Positions 38,753-51,973 of a stretch of DNA of 64,000 nucleotides are shown here, piece after piece. Under the pieces are notes generated by a model. The model was not told the origin of the DNA. It did not search any database and was given only the letters and a program-made list of their open reading frames with translations. Position 1 is the stretch's first letter. Each line of letters starts with the position of its first letter. A program made the position numbers and the translations under genes. The stretch lies in NCBI GenBank assembly GCA_965116495.1, contig OZ220696.1:1024001-1088000 (forward strand), given 5' to 3'. The stretch comes from Gammaproteobacteria bacterium. GTDB taxonomy: Bacteria; Pseudomonadota; Gammaproteobacteria; Eutrophobiales; Eutrophobiaceae.

Positions 38753-40951
38753 CTACTGCCCTGTTCCCTGATATGTCTGGAAAAGCCCGCCCAGGAGGTA
38801 TCGATAGAGCCTGAGGGCCAGCCTCTGTTCATGCTCCTCCAGCCAGAGACGGGCGGCAGGCGTCAGCAACATCGTCTGGCAGGGTTCGTCTGCGACCACG
38901 GAGGCTGCCTGACCATCCATTGCCCCTGATGGCCGGATCGGATCGCCGGGAACACACTGATACAGACGCGTCCCGGTGGAATCGCAGACTGAAGCCCGGC
39001 CGGAAATCAGCAGTTCCAGACCGTCCTGCTCCACATCCGGTCCTGCGATGCTCTCACCCGTTGAGTAGCTGCGATTATGCAGCCAGCGTTGGAGTTTTTC
39101 CACCAGGTCCTCGAAGTAGATTTGCCGGTCAAGGTACCGTTCCAGTTCATCGCCGGTGGATTCCAGCAACATGGCGCGGCGCTTGTCAGCCATCTCGTCT
39201 TCTGCCTTCCATGCCGCAATGATGATGTCCTCGCATTGCTCGAGGGCCCGATCAGTACTCTGCTCCACCACCAGCCCGGCAAATACGGATGACGGCAGGC
39301 TGCGCTTCAATCCGGCCATAAATTGTTCCGACGGCGCACATAGAATAACCTGTGCCCCGCCCGCGTTTGCAGATTGTATAAACCTGCCCAGGACGTTCAC
39401 TGCGGAGAAGTCGAAGCCGGAGACATCGGTAAAGTCCAGTATCAGACAGGCAGGGGCGGAAGCGTCGTCCAGGCACTGCCTCAGGTGATCGACAAGAGAG
39501 TATACGCTGCCGAAGAAAATGTAGCCGCGCAGCCGGTAGGCCATCACCCGCTTGCCCTCCTGCATCAGGATGGCGAGCTCCGGGACTGAACGGGCTTTGT
39601 TGCTATGGCGCTCGCGCAGCGTGAACCGGGATTCGATCGTATCCACCCTGCTGAGTCGCACGGCGAAGAATACGAGGGTAGCCAGCAACCCGATACCCAC
39701 GCCTTGCAGCAATCCGAAGGCGATGATCGTAAAGAAGATTGTTACGATAATGACAAATTCCGACCAGGGAAGACGCTTGTGGCTTTTCACGATTCCTTCG
39801 TCCAGCATGCCGGCGCCGGCAAAGAACAGTATTCCTCCTGTCAGCGCTACCGGGAGCACCTCAAGCATCCCGTCACCCAGGAACAAGGCGCCGCCGAGAA
39901 CCAGGGAAGCGGCCACGCCGGTTATCCGCGTAGTGGCTCCGAACAGCTTGCTGCGTAACGATGCGGGCACGATCATGCAGCCAACCGTTCCTCCGCCCAG
40001 GCCGGCGATCGTGCTGGCGAATCCCGTAGCCTTGAATTCCCGGTCCCAGTCCAGATCCTGGTTAGCAGCAAGCTCAAGCCCGGCAAGATTCATGACCAGG
40101 ACGATGAAAGCAAGCAAAATCAGCGTCAACATGTTGGGAATTTGCATGGCCAGCGCGCCCCAGTCGAGATGTCTGATATCCGCCGGCAGTAATGCCGGCC
40201 AGATGTTACCGTCCGCCGTGCTGGAGAACAGCAGGCCTGCCTCCCTCGCCTCTTCAGCGGAAATTCCGAGACCGGCAAGGGCGGAATGGTACGCAGCCAC
40301 GGCAAGCACAACACTTACCGGCAGGATCGATGCATTTTTCCAGCGTTTCATTGCCAGGTACAAGGCAATGCCGAATAATGCGCCGGGAACCCACTTCCAC
40401 AGCATCGGGGGCGCCAGAAGCGCCGGTATGGCACGCGGGTCGGGTTCCGCTCCCATAAGGGACATGGAGGCTAAACAAACAATCGCACCAATTCCTGCCA
40501 CAAACCCGGCAGCCATCGGGTAAGGAATGAAGCGCAACAGATTGGAGAGTCGAAAACGTCCGATCAGGAAAAACAGCACGCCGGTGGAGACCGCGCTGAC
40601 GATGAGCGCGCTGGCCGTAGTAACAAACAGCGTATCACCTTCGGCGTCCATGGTAGTCCCGATGAGGGCCATCACGATTACCAGGGTCGGAGACAACCCC
40701 GATATCGCGCCGCGAAATCCGCCGGCGAGCGCGATGATCAGGCAGGCAGCGAAGCTTCCGAACAGGGCCAGACCAACACCCTGGGAAGTATATGGCGCCA
40801 ACGGTCCCGAGAAAATGAAAGTCCCAAAGGCAATATGGCTTACGAGCAGACCCAGACCCGAGGTGAAGCCGGCTGACAGCGCCGGCACGGCCTTCCCCGC
40901 CAGGATATCCGCTCGAAGCTCGGATCCGATGTGTTGATTCCAGGGCATCAC
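38753..40951 (-). CDS. SulP-family anion transporter with STAS and cNMP-binding-like domains
   Basis: Multi-TM N-terminus, RFIPYP..GF.AG, LRGYIFFGS, LDFTDVSGFDFSA. Confidence 0.8.
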   Translation of the reverse strand: MMPWNQHIGSELRADILAGKAVPALSAGFTSGLGLLVSHIAFGTFIFSGPLAPYTSQGVGLALFGSFAACLIIALAGGFRGAISGLSPTLVIVMALIGTTMDAEGDTLFVTTASALIVSAVSTGVLFFLIGRFRLSNLLRFIPYPMAAGFVAGIGAIVCLASMSLMGAEPDPRAIPALLAPPMLWKWVPGALFGIALYLAMKRWKNASILPVSVVLAVAAYHSALAGLGISAEEAREAGLLFSSTADGNIWPALLPADIRHLDWGALAMQIPNMLTLILLAFIVLVMNLAGLELAANQDLDWDREFKATGFASTIAGLGGGTVGCMIVPASLRSKLFGATTRITGVAASLVLGGALFLGDGMLEVLPVALTGGILFFAGAGMLDEGIVKSHKRLPWSEFVIIVTIFFTIIAFGLLQGVGIGLLATLVFFAVRLSRVDTIESRFTLRERHSNKARSVPELAILMQEGKRVMAYRLRGYIFFGSVYSLVDHLRQCLDDASAPACLILDFTDVSGFDFSAVNVLGRFIQSANAGGAQVILCAPSEQFMAGLKRSLPSSVFAGLVVEQSTDRALEQCEDIIIAAWKAEDEMADKRRAMLLESTGDELERYLDRQIYFEDLVEKLQRWLHNRSYSTGESIAGPDVEQDGLELLISGRASVCDSTGTRLYQCVPGDPIRPSGAMDGQAASVVADEPCQTMLLTPAARLWLEEHEQRLALRLYRYLLGGLFQTYQGTGQ

Positions 40952-41139
40952 TCTACACTTCCATGGCGTATTGTACTTTTTCCATTATCGTTTGACACGC
41001 TGCTTATCCATGCCAGCAGTACGGCTACCGAGCGGGAATCTATAGCTAATTGATTTTTATGAATTCCCGCCCTGCTCAACCTCTTACAGGGGTAAACTTG
41101 CGCGGGGATGACATTGACTGGAGTTTCCTGAAGTATTAT

Positions 41140-42540
<1,401 letters not shown>

Positions 42541-42543
<3 letters not shown>

Positions 42544-43845
42544 ACCGTCTTTCTCATCCAATGCCCTGAGACGCGCCAGTTTTTCCGCAATCTGTATCTC
42601 AAGTCCTCGGTTTGCCGGGTAATAATACCGGCGGGCTGCCATACCATCGGGGAAATAGTGCTCTCCCGCTGCGTAGGCATCAGGCTCGTCGTGAGCGTAC
42701 CGGTACTCCTTGCCGTAATCCAGGTCCTTCATCAGCCCGGACGGCGCGTTACGCAGGTGTAACGGTACTTCCGCCGACGCAGTGGACTTGACGTCTTCCA
42801 TGGCAGCATTATACGCCTTGTACACGGCATTGCTCTTGGGAGCGCAGGCCAGGAAGACCACGGCCTGGGCAACGGCCAGTTCACCCTCAGGCGTGCCCAG
42901 CCGTTCCTGCGTTTCCCAGGCATCCAGGGCCAGGCGCAATCCCCTCGGATCGGCGTTCCCTATGTCTTCTGAGGCCATGCGCACCACTCTCCGGGCAATA
43001 TACAGGGGGTCGCACCCTCCATCAAGCATACGCGCAAACCAGTACAGGGCCGCATCGGGCGCCGAGCCGCGCACGGATTTATGCAAGGCGGAGATCTGTT
43101 CGTAAAAGACATCGCCGCCCTTGTCGAAGCGCCGATAGCTGGAGCCGCTGATCACTTCCCGTACCAGTGTGCCGGTGATGCCTTCAGAGGCAGCCAGGTC
43201 GGCGGCAATGTCCAGCAGGTTCAGGGCGCGCCTGGCATCGCCGTCTGCGCTGTCAACCAGCAACTGCAGCGCTTCATCGCTGATCTGCAGGCCTTTGTTG
43301 CCCAACCCCCGATCGCGATCCTGCACGCCGTGTCTGACAACCGTCTCGAGGGCATCTGCCGTCAATGGTTTCAGGACGTAGACGCGCACCCTCGACAACA
43401 AGGCGTTATTCAGTTCAAAAGACGGGTTCTCAGTGGTTGTACCGATAAACGTAATGACGCCGTTTTCCACGTGCGGCAGGAATGCGTCCTGCTGTGACTT
43501 GTTGAACCGGTGCGCTTCATCGACAAACAGCACGGTATCCCTGTCATACACTTCCCGGTACTGGCGCGCCTTGTCAATGGCGGCCCTGATCTCCTTCACG
43601 CCGCTCAACACCGCCGACAAGGTCAGGAATTGTGCCTGGCACGAGGTGGAGATTATCCGTGCCAGGGTCGTCTTGCCCGTGCCCGGCGCGCCCCAGAATA
43701 CCATGGAATGCAACTGGCCTGTTTCGATGGCGAGGCGTAACGGCTTGCCCGGCCCCACCAGGTGTTCCTGCCCGACGAAATCGGCCAGTGTCCCGGGCCG
43801 CATCCGGTCCGCCAGCGGCCTGTATTCACCGGTCTCAGCGGTCAC
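42541..43845 (-). CDS. rarA: Replication-associated recombination protein A
   Basis: PLADRMRP, GAPGTGKTT, HRFNKSQQD, ISALHKSVRGS. Confidence 0.96.
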
Positions 43846-43856
43846 GGGAAATCCCG

Positions 43857-44501
43857 TTAATCGGCCCGCCTGGCATCGATGACGTCAATATCGTCTGCGG
43901 GAACAAAATGAAAAAGCTCCCTGTCCAGGTCCGGATTCCTGCTGCCGTTCATGAATGTTATAAACAGCGTCTGCCCCAGGCTGTCAAACAGTAACATGCC
44001 TGTCAGTGCGTCGCCGGAGAAGGCCAGGCGCAGTGCCCGGTAGTGTGATTCGATATCCCTGGGTGTCAACTCCAGCCAGGCGTGTTCATCACCGTTTTCC
44101 AGTTCATTAATCACGTAATGTTCGGCAAGGTCGTAGTTTCCACTGAATATCAGTGCCGGGGTGTCTTCAATGGCATCAGATACGTCGCTGATGGTGACCT
44201 GGTCCAGGTCTTTATCAAAGACCCACAAGGTTTTGCCGTCGCTTATGATTTCCTGCACGTAGGGTTCGCTGTACGACCAGGAAAACATGCCGGGACGGCG
44301 CAGTTGCACAGTGCCCCTGGTTGTTTCCAGCACATCACCCGATGAATCGAGCAATGTTTGCTCAAAATCGGCTGAAAATGTGTCCAATCCCTTAAGAAAG
44401 ACATCCAACGGGTTTTCATCCGGGCTAACGGCCTGCACTTGAAAAACGATCAGGCCTAACCACCACGCCAGCAGGTAGATAAAAAAATTACTTACGTTCA
44501 C
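43857..44501 (-). CDS. lolA: Outer-membrane lipoprotein carrier protein
   Basis: FSADFEQ, RPGMFSW, SDGKTLW..DLDQVT; ftsK-lolA-rarA synteny. Confidence 0.93.
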   Translation of the reverse strand: MNVSNFFIYLLAWWLGLIVFQVQAVSPDENPLDVFLKGLDTFSADFEQTLLDSSGDVLETTRGTVQLRRPGMFSWSYSEPYVQEIISDGKTLWVFDKDLDQVTISDVSDAIEDTPALIFSGNYDLAEHYVINELENGDEHAWLELTPRDIESHYRALRLAFSGDALTGMLLFDSLGQTLFITFMNGSRNPDLDRELFHFVPADDIDVIDARRAD

Positions 44502-44527
44502 GACCGATTAAAGATATTTTTCTGCTC

Positions 44528-44644
44528 AGCCACAGAGGACATAGAGAAACAGTCGAACTGTCATACCTGCGCAAGCAGGTATCCGGTATACAGACTTTCC
44601 TCGGGGAATGGGGTCAGGAAGTAAACTCTGTGTCCTCTGTGGCT
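44528..44644. repeat. AGCCACAGAGGACA..TGTCCTCTGTGGCT inverted repeat with a nested REP-like hairpin
   Basis: About 19-bp inverted repeat; inner GTCATACCTGCGCAAGCAGGTATCC and a GGGGTCAG remnant. Confidence 0.75.
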
Positions 44645-44661
44645 TTAATTTCAATTTATAT

Positions 44662-46973
44662 CTATTCTACAGGAGGCGGAGGCCCCGCAAGTATTTCCCG
44701 GTTGCCGTTGGCTTCAAGGGGGCCTACCAGTCCGCTCGCTTCCATTTCTTCAACGATCCTGGCGGCGCGGTTATACCCTATCTTGAGCCTGCGCTGGATA
44801 TAGGAAATGGATGTCTTGCGGGTTTCCGTGACAATCCGCACGGCCTCATCATAGAGCGGGTCAACATTGTCCGAGACAGTTTCAAGGCCGGGAATGGGCG
44901 CTGCTCCGCCGTTACCGGGGTCCAGGGTAATGTCTTTCAGGTATTTCGGGCCACCTCGATTCTTGATATTCTGGACGACCTTATGCACCTCATGGTCATC
45001 AACAAAGGCGCCGTGCACCCTGATCGGCAGGCTGGTACCGGGAGGCAGGAACAGCATATCGCCATTGCCAAGGAGGTTTTCCGCGCCCATCTGGTCCAGG
45101 ATGGTACGGGAGTCCACCTTGGAAGAGACCTGGAACGCAATCCGGCAGGGGATATTGGCCTTGATAAGCCCCGTGATAACATCCACGGACGGGCGCTGCG
45201 TAGCCAGGATCAGGTGAATGCCGGCGGCCCGGGCCTTCTGCGCCAGCCTCGCAATCAACTCCTCCACTTTTTTCCCCACGGTCATCATCATGTCCGCCAG
45301 TTCATCGATGAGGATGACGATATAGGGCAGTTCTTCCAGCGCCGGCGCTTCATCCTCGTCGTCTGTATGAAAGGGATCAAGCAGCGGCCGGCCATGACTT
45401 GCGGCGTCATGGACCTTCTTGTTGAAACCGTTGATATTTCTCACACCCAGCGTCGCCATCAATTGATAACGGCGTTCCATTTCGGCCACACACCAGCGCA
45501 ATGCATTTGCCGCCTCTTTCATATCCGTGACCACTGGCGTCAATAAATGGGGAATCCCCTCGTACACGGATAATTCGAGCATTTTCGGATCGATCATTAT
45601 CAAGCGGATTTTACGGGGCGGAGACTTGTAAAGCAGGCTCAGGACCATCGCGTTAATGGCAACGGACTTGCCCGAGCCGGTCGTACCGGCGACCAGCAGG
45701 TGCGGCATCCGGCTCAGGTCCATGACGATGGGATGGCCGCTGATGTCTTTTCCAAGCCCCAGTGCCGTGCTCGAATTGAGTTCTTCATATTCCACTGAAC
45801 TCAGGATCTCGTTCAGGGTAACCAGTTCCGGGTGGCATTGGGTATTTCCAGTCCGATAACGGACTTCCCAGGAATTACGTCAACGACGCGCACACTGACG
45901 ACAGACAGCGAACGGGCCAGGTCCTTGGAGAGGTTGCTGATCTGGCTGCCTTTCACCCCCGGCGCCGGTTGCAGTTCAAACCGCGTGATGACCGGACCGG
46001 GGTTGACTGCAACCACCTCCACTTGAATATTGAAATCAAGCAGCTTGAGTTCCACCCGGCGCGACATGGCTTCAAGGGTTGCTTCCGAAAACCTGCCCTT
46101 GGACGGTTTCGGCGCATCCAGCAGACCCAGGGGGGGTAATGCCGAATCAGCCGGCATCTCAAACAGGGGTTCCTGTTTTTCCGCCTCGGCGCGGCCACTC
46201 ATTTCCACTTTTGCAATGACCGGTTCAATGCGTGGCAGCGGCCTGTCCTTAACTCTTTTCTGTTGTTTCCGGACCAGTGTCTCTCTTTCCTTCTTGACCT
46301 GAATAGACTTAATATGTTGAGTTAATTTATTTATATAAATATTTGATTTTGTTATAATTCTTATTGTAGTATACCCGGTCTTTTCTATCAGCCATAACCA
46401 CGACAGTTCGGCATACAAGCTAATGCCCACCAGCAGGGTAGCCAGCATCAGCAACGTACTGCCCGAAAAACCAAAAGCGTCGAACAGAAATTCGCCCAGG
46501 GCTATCCCCAGGATGCCGCCGGCACTGCTGGATTGGTCGGCCGCATGTGCCGGCAACGACGCTCCTGCTTGAAGGTGCAACCAGGCTAATGCACAGCAAC
46601 CGCAGAACAGCAGGGTAAAGCCGGTGGCCCTGGCTGCCAGCAGAAGACGCCTGACGGGTAACTCAAGCCGGCGTGATTTGAAAATACGCCAGCCGTCAAA
46701 GATGAATATCAGAGGAAACAAATAACCGGGGTAGCCGAAAATATAAAGCAGTATATTAGCGAGATATGCCCCGACAATCCCGCCGCCGTTGCTGATCTCA
46801 GAGACGCTGACCGCCTGGGACCAGCCCGGGTCCGAGGGATCGTATGTAAATAATGACAAGGCGACAAACAACGCGCATGCCGCCATGAAGATGACACTGA
46901 TTTCCTTCAGGTAGCGTACAACCTGGCTCCCTGATGCTGCGCCGTATTTGTTTCTTTTTGAGGCCTGCTTCAC
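44662..46973 (-). CDS. ftsK: DNA translocase FtsK (apparent 1-nt deletion near 45830)
   Basis: 4TM domain, [20 protein letters not shown], gamma domain; adding one G restores [15 protein letters not shown]. Confidence 0.93.
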
Positions 46974-47062
46974 ACTTTATCTAATTTAATCAGTTCTGAT
47001 GAATATTAAGAGTAATTATGAAAAAAGAAAAGGGCAGTTGCTGATACGCTTCTTTTTTTATA

Positions 47063-47092
47063 TTGACTGAAATTACCAATCATTGCTAGAAT
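47063..47092 (+). promoter_or_regulatory. Sigma70-like promoter for the TonB receptor gene
   Basis: TTGACT-N18-TAGAAT with TG extension. Confidence 0.5.
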
Positions 47093-47122
47093 CTTCCGAT
47101 TTTAAACCGAAGGGGTGAATCA

Positions 47123-49525
47123 ATGGAGAATTTCTGGAGATACCAAAATACAGGTTATCGGACAATATCGATATCAAAGCGTCATATTCTGGCGGCAATC
47201 CTGGCGTTGCCGTTCATATTGCAGCCGGTCAGTTTTACTTATGCCCAGGAAAGCGGCGTCGGCGCACTGATGGAAGAAATAACCGTTACCGCCAGAAAGC
47301 GTGAAGAAAGTTTGCAGGACACCCCCATTGCGGTATCCGTGTTCAGCGGCGAGAGCCTGGAAGCGCGCGGGGTTCAGCGCATCGATGAAATCGCCGGGCT
47401 GACACCCAACATGTCTTTCGACAATATCAACACCAACGGCGGCGGTGGTAACAGCGCAGCCGTGTTCCTGCGCGGTGTCGGGCAACGTGACTTTCTGCCT
47501 TCCGCAGACCCGGGCGTAGGCATCTACGTGGACGGCGTCTATTACGCCCGTAGCGTCGGTTCGGTGCTGGATATCATCGATATTGACCGTGTCGAAGTCC
47601 TGCGCGGCCCCCAGGGCACCCTGTTCGGCCGAAATACCACGGGCGGCGCCATTGCTATCCATACCCAGAAACCCCATGAAGAATTTAAAGGCAAGGTACG
47701 GGTGAGAGTGGGCATCGATGACCGGCTTGATGTGCTCGGCAAGGTCAATGTCCCGATCAGTGACAAGGTATTTATGAACGCTACCGTCGCCAAGTTTGAC
47801 CAGGATGGTTTCGTGGTCAATCCCCTCAATGGTATGGATACCGGCGACGATGATACCTTTGCCGTTCGCAGCGCCTTGCGTATGCAACTGAACAACAACT
47901 TCGAGATTAATATCAGCGGCGACTACTCCCGTGACAGGGAAAACGGCCAGGCTCGTGTCGTCACAGAAAATCCCAACCGCGTCGTGGACCTGTCGCCTGG
48001 AGCAAATATTTTTACACATAATTTTTTATATGGCGCCAATTCGCCGCTCAATCCTGCCAATGGCGGGCCGGGTTTGGGTCACCCAGGTACGCCTATCGCC
48101 AGGGAGTTCAGCAACTGCGATGCCACACCTGCGAACATTGCGGGAACCACCTCGGGTTGCGCCAATGCCAACACTATTGCCCTGGGTAAGAATACCAGCA
48201 CCATGCCGACCTACTCCAATCACGATATCTATGGTTTCTCGGCCACGGTTGACTGGCAGATCTCGGACAACCTGGATATCAAGTCGATAACCGCCTACCG
48301 TAACGTCGACAGTGAATTTGCCCACGATGGCGACAGCACCCCTTTCTTCCTGTCCTGGGTGCGGGATGAGATATACAAGCAGGAACAGTTTACCCAGGAA
48401 ATACAGTTGCTGGGCACGACTGTAAACGACCGCCTGCAATGGATCATAGGTGGCTTCTATTTCACCGAAGACGGTAACAACTACAACCCGGTGGATTTTG
48501 CCCTCCTTGATATAGAAAGCGGCGCAAAATTTGACCACGAGAGTATCGCCGGTTTTGCCCAAGGCACATTTGACGTAACGGACAAGCTGCATATTACCGC
48601 CGGCGTGCGTTACACCGACGATACCAAGGATTTCATCGTTACCAGCAACGGCGTGAGTATTCAATCCGCCATTGTGGTGCCACCCGGATTATTTCTAAAG
48701 CTTATACCTGACGGCACCACGACCCTGAAGGCCGATGACTGGACCCCCATGGCTAATATTTCCTACGACTGGAATGACAGCCTCATGACCTATTTCACCT
48801 ACTCGGAAGGTTTCAAGAGTGGTGGAATAACTCAGCGTAATGCCGGTGTGTATCCAGAAAAATCACCCACCTACGACCCGGAGTTTGTGGAATCTTTTGA
48901 AATTGGTTTCAAATATAACCACCCGAGTGGAAACTTTGTCCTGAACGTGGCCGCCTTCTATGCCGATTACACGGACATTCAACTGGAAACCCTGGCGGAA
49001 GAGGGTATCGCCCCCCAGCTTGATAATGCCGGTGAGGGCGAGATCAAGGGTTTCGAGCTGGAATCACGCTGGTCTCCGCTTGACACCTTGTTCATTGAAC
49101 TGGCCATCGGTCACCTCGATGCCGTGATCACGGAAGCCGAACCCAGCCGCTCCAACACTGGTTACCCTGATGCCGGTGACAGGCTGCCGCAGGTTCCACG
49201 CTGGTCACTGTCCAGTTCGCTCATCAAGGAGTTCGGGTTGGGCGACATGGGCACCCTCATCGCACGGGTGGATTACAACTACCGGACCAAGGTATTTTTT
49301 AACCCGGATAACAACCCTGGCGACGTGATGCAGTCCCATGGCGTGATGAATGCCAGTCTCGGCTGGGACAGCGCCAACGACAAGTATTCGCTTGTCTTCC
49401 ATGCGAACAATATCTTTGACAAGCGCCGCATACTTTACACGGAGCTTTCGGGCTCGGCGCGCACGGCGAACGACATCCTGGCCCGTGATTTTGCCTGGTA
49501 CCTGACCGGCGAATACCGCTTCTAG
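47123..49525 (+). CDS. TonB-dependent receptor
   Basis: EEITVTARKREESLQDTP, VEVLRGPQGTLFGRN, C-terminal YRF. Confidence 0.93.
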   Translation: MENFWRYQNTGYRTISISKRHILAAILALPFILQPVSFTYAQESGVGALMEEITVTARKREESLQDTPIAVSVFSGESLEARGVQRIDEIAGLTPNMSFDNINTNGGGGNSAAVFLRGVGQRDFLPSADPGVGIYVDGVYYARSVGSVLDIIDIDRVEVLRGPQGTLFGRNTTGGAIAIHTQKPHEEFKGKVRVRVGIDDRLDVLGKVNVPISDKVFMNATVAKFDQDGFVVNPLNGMDTGDDDTFAVRSALRMQLNNNFEINISGDYSRDRENGQARVVTENPNRVVDLSPGANIFTHNFLYGANSPLNPANGGPGLGHPGTPIAREFSNCDATPANIAGTTSGCANANTIALGKNTSTMPTYSNHDIYGFSATVDWQISDNLDIKSITAYRNVDSEFAHDGDSTPFFLSWVRDEIYKQEQFTQEIQLLGTTVNDRLQWIIGGFYFTEDGNNYNPVDFALLDIESGAKFDHESIAGFAQGTFDVTDKLHITAGVRYTDDTKDFIVTSNGVSIQSAIVVPPGLFLKLIPDGTTTLKADDWTPMANISYDWNDSLMTYFTYSEGFKSGGITQRNAGVYPEKSPTYDPEFVESFEIGFKYNHPSGNFVLNVAAFYADYTDIQLETLAEEGIAPQLDNAGEGEIKGFELESRWSPLDTLFIELAIGHLDAVITEAEPSRSNTGYPDAGDRLPQVPRWSLSSSLIKEFGLGDMGTLIARVDYNYRTKVFFNPDNNPGDVMQSHGVMNASLGWDSANDKYSLVFHANNIFDKRRILYTELSGSARTANDILARDFAWYLTGEYRF

Positions 49526-49682
49526 GATTCCGCTGCAGGCGCCATCCCTGGATGGCGTCAGGCGAAGATCGACCGAACGTTGATCCAGGCCAGGTTCACG
49601 TATGTATGACGAATTGAGTGTAGGATTTACACTCTAATTCTTTCAGCCAGGCACCAGTCCCAGCGGTGAGACGGAAACCGCT

Positions 49683-49742
49683 TTCGTCGTTCCGGTGCAA
49701 GCCGGAACCCAGTGGATGCCGGGTCAAGCCCGGCAGGACGAA
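49683..49742. repeat. REP-like doublet of the GTCATTCC/GGAATGAC family
   Basis: GTCGTTCCGGTGCAAGCCGGAACCCA and TGGATGCCGGGTCAAGCCCGGCAGGAC; similar to 159-253. Confidence 0.65.
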
Positions 49743-49776
49743 CGGAAATATCCGGCAGGACGAATAGAAACATCCG

Positions 49777-50565
49777 TCATTCCATCAATTTAGCCACCTG
49801 ATCCGTCTTCTGTTCGGCGCCGATGGCCGTATAGCCGCTATCAACCGCGAGGTCGGTGCCGCTGATGCCGGATGCGGCATCGGAGCATAGAAAGACCACG
49901 CTCCTGGCGACTTCTTCCGGGTCAACGGTACGCCCGGACAGGTGAAAATCTGCGGCTACCCGATCCGCTTTTGCCCGGTCGTCTCCGGTCATGTCCCGTA
50001 TGACGTTTGACCATACCCAGCCGGGCGAGACGGAATTAACGCGTATATTATCCCCGGCCAGTAACAGTGCCTCATTTCGGGTGGCCCCGATTATCGCCGC
50101 TTTCGATGCGGCATAGAGCATGCGTCCCGGTTGCGCCCGTTTTCCGCTTATGCTGCCGAAGTTGACGATGGCGCCGCCACCGCGCCGGCGCATGTGAGGA
50201 GCGACTTTCTGCGCGAATATAGCGCCGCTGACCAGGTTAACATCCAGGGCCTGTTGCCATTCCGCACGTGTCGAAGCTATACCGTTGTCCAAGTAGGTAC
50301 AGGCGATATTTACCAGGCAGTCTATCCCGCCCCAGTGATCGACCGTCTGCTGTATGACCGCGTCGATCTGCGCATCATCGGTAATGTCGGCATGGATAAA
50401 CTTCAAAGCGTCTCCCGCTTCCTGTTCCAGTTCACTGCCGCCCGCTGCGTCAATATCACAGACCGTCACACTGGCGCCGGCCCGGATAAATTCGAGGGCA
50501 ACTTTCCTGCCGATTAATGTAGCGCCGCCGGGGATAATCGCGACTTTATTTTCCAGGCTTATCAT
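49777..50565 (-). CDS. SDR family oxidoreductase
   Basis: PGGATLIG, YAASK, RVNSVSPG; 4-nt overlap with avtA. Confidence 0.9.
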   Translation of the reverse strand: MISLENKVAIIPGGATLIGRKVALEFIRAGASVTVCDIDAAGGSELEQEAGDALKFIHADITDDAQIDAVIQQTVDHWGGIDCLVNIACTYLDNGIASTRAEWQQALDVNLVSGAIFAQKVAPHMRRRGGGAIVNFGSISGKRAQPGRMLYAASKAAIIGATRNEALLLAGDNIRVNSVSPGWVWSNVIRDMTGDDRAKADRVAADFHLSGRTVDPEEVARSVVFLCSDAASGISGTDLAVDSGYTAIGAEQKTDQVAKLME

Positions 50566-51809
50566 AGTTTCCTTACCTCCTCTGCAATGACTTTTATGCC
50601 TTCCCGCACGACGTCGTCATGCATCGAATACGTCATGCGGATACACTCCTGCTTGTGGGGCCAGGGGTCATCGTCCAGCCCCGGGAAAAAATACTCCCCC
50701 GGGATGATCAGGACACCCCGCTGCTTCAGACGGCGGTACAGTTCCTGGCTGGAGACTGGCAGGCCGGGAAACCACAACCAGAGAAAAAGCGCACCCTCCG
50801 CCTTGTGGATGAAGTAGTCCACCCCCGCCAGTTCCCCGTGCAGCAGGGCGATCGCCCGTTTCGCCTTGTCTTCATAATAAGGCCGTATCAGGGTCCTGCT
50901 TATTTCCGTCACCTCACCGGACTGCACCAGGTCCAGGGCCAGGGCCGGGCCGACGCTCTCCGGCGCCAGGTTCAGGATGCCGTTGATATTACTGAGGGTT
51001 TTTATAATATCCGGACGTGCAACGATAATCCCTGTGCGGGTACCGGGCAGACCCAGCTTGGACAGGCTCATCGACAGGATAATATTATCATTCCAGACCA
51101 GTTGCGCGTCACTAAAGATGATGTTGGGGAACGGCATCCCGTAAGCGTTGTCGAGAACCAGGGGAATGGCGTTATGCGCGGCAATCTCCATCAACTTTGC
51201 CACCTCCGCATCCGCCAGTACATTACCGGTCGGGTTGGTCGGACGCGACACACAAATTGCGCCGATCGAATCATCCACGGCCAGGCGGTCAAAATCCACG
51301 TGATATTTGAAAGTACAGCCCGCCATCTTTTCGATTGTCGGCCGGTTCGCCACAAACAGGTCGTCCACCAGGCCCACGTCGCCGTAACCGATGTATTCAG
51401 GCGCCATGGGCAACAGGATTTTCTTCTTGACGCCACCGGCAAATTCTCCGGCGAACATGTTGAACAACAGGAAAAAAGCCGACTGGCTCCCCGTGGTCAA
51501 CGCCACGTTGTCGACACTCAGCCCCCAGCCGTATTCACGATTTAGCAGCTCAACCAGAGCGTTTAAAAATGCCTTGTTCCCCTGCGGCGGATCATAATCA
51601 CCAACGACCCGGGCAAACTCGGCGGGCTTATCCAGCAGGCGCTGCATCCTGGCCCGGAAAAACGCCTGCACTTCGGCAATGTGCGCGGGATTACCACCGC
51701 CCAGCATCAATACCTCCTGCTCACCGGCCATTGCCTCCCCCAGGTCATCCATCAGCAGGATAATGCCGGAATGTTCTGAAAACCGTTGTGCAAATTTTGA
51801 AAGTTTCAT
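50562..51809 (-). CDS. avtA: Valine--pyruvate transaminase
   Basis: MLGGGNPA, PEYIGY, SRPTNPTGNV, SLSKLGLPG. Confidence 0.92.
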   Translation of the reverse strand: MKLSKFAQRFSEHSGIILLMDDLGEAMAGEQEVLMLGGGNPAHIAEVQAFFRARMQRLLDKPAEFARVVGDYDPPQGNKAFLNALVELLNREYGWGLSVDNVALTTGSQSAFFLLFNMFAGEFAGGVKKKILLPMAPEYIGYGDVGLVDDLFVANRPTIEKMAGCTFKYHVDFDRLAVDDSIGAICVSRPTNPTGNVLADAEVAKLMEIAAHNAIPLVLDNAYGMPFPNIIFSDAQLVWNDNIILSMSLSKLGLPGTRTGIIVARPDIIKTLSNINGILNLAPESVGPALALDLVQSGEVTEISRTLIRPYYEDKAKRAIALLHGELAGVDYFIHKAEGALFLWLWFPGLPVSSQELYRRLKQRGVLIIPGEYFFPGLDDDPWPHKQECIRMTYSMHDDVVREGIKVIAEEVRKL

Positions 51810-51817
51810 AAATGTTA

Positions 51818-51967
51818 TATCCGCAGATTACGCAGATTAACGCAGATTAAAATCAATTCAATTTAAACCATTCGTACGTTCGAAAGATTAAATATTCATT
51901 CACATGAAAACTTGAATTACAGAATTAATACAAATTTATCTGCGTTAATCTGCGTAATCTGCGGATA
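51818..51967. repeat. CGCAGAT-type 30-bp perfect inverted repeat around an AT-rich core
   Basis: TATCCGCAGATTACGCAGATTAACGCAGAT / ATCTGCGTTAATCTGCGTAATCTGCGGATA. Confidence 0.85.
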
Positions 51968-51973
51968 ATTTTT

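Noticed and set aside
44662-46973. Naturally split ftsK or programmed frameshift
   Set aside because: No slippery heptamer at the site; a single G restores the canonical protein, and the same pattern occurs in sdhA.
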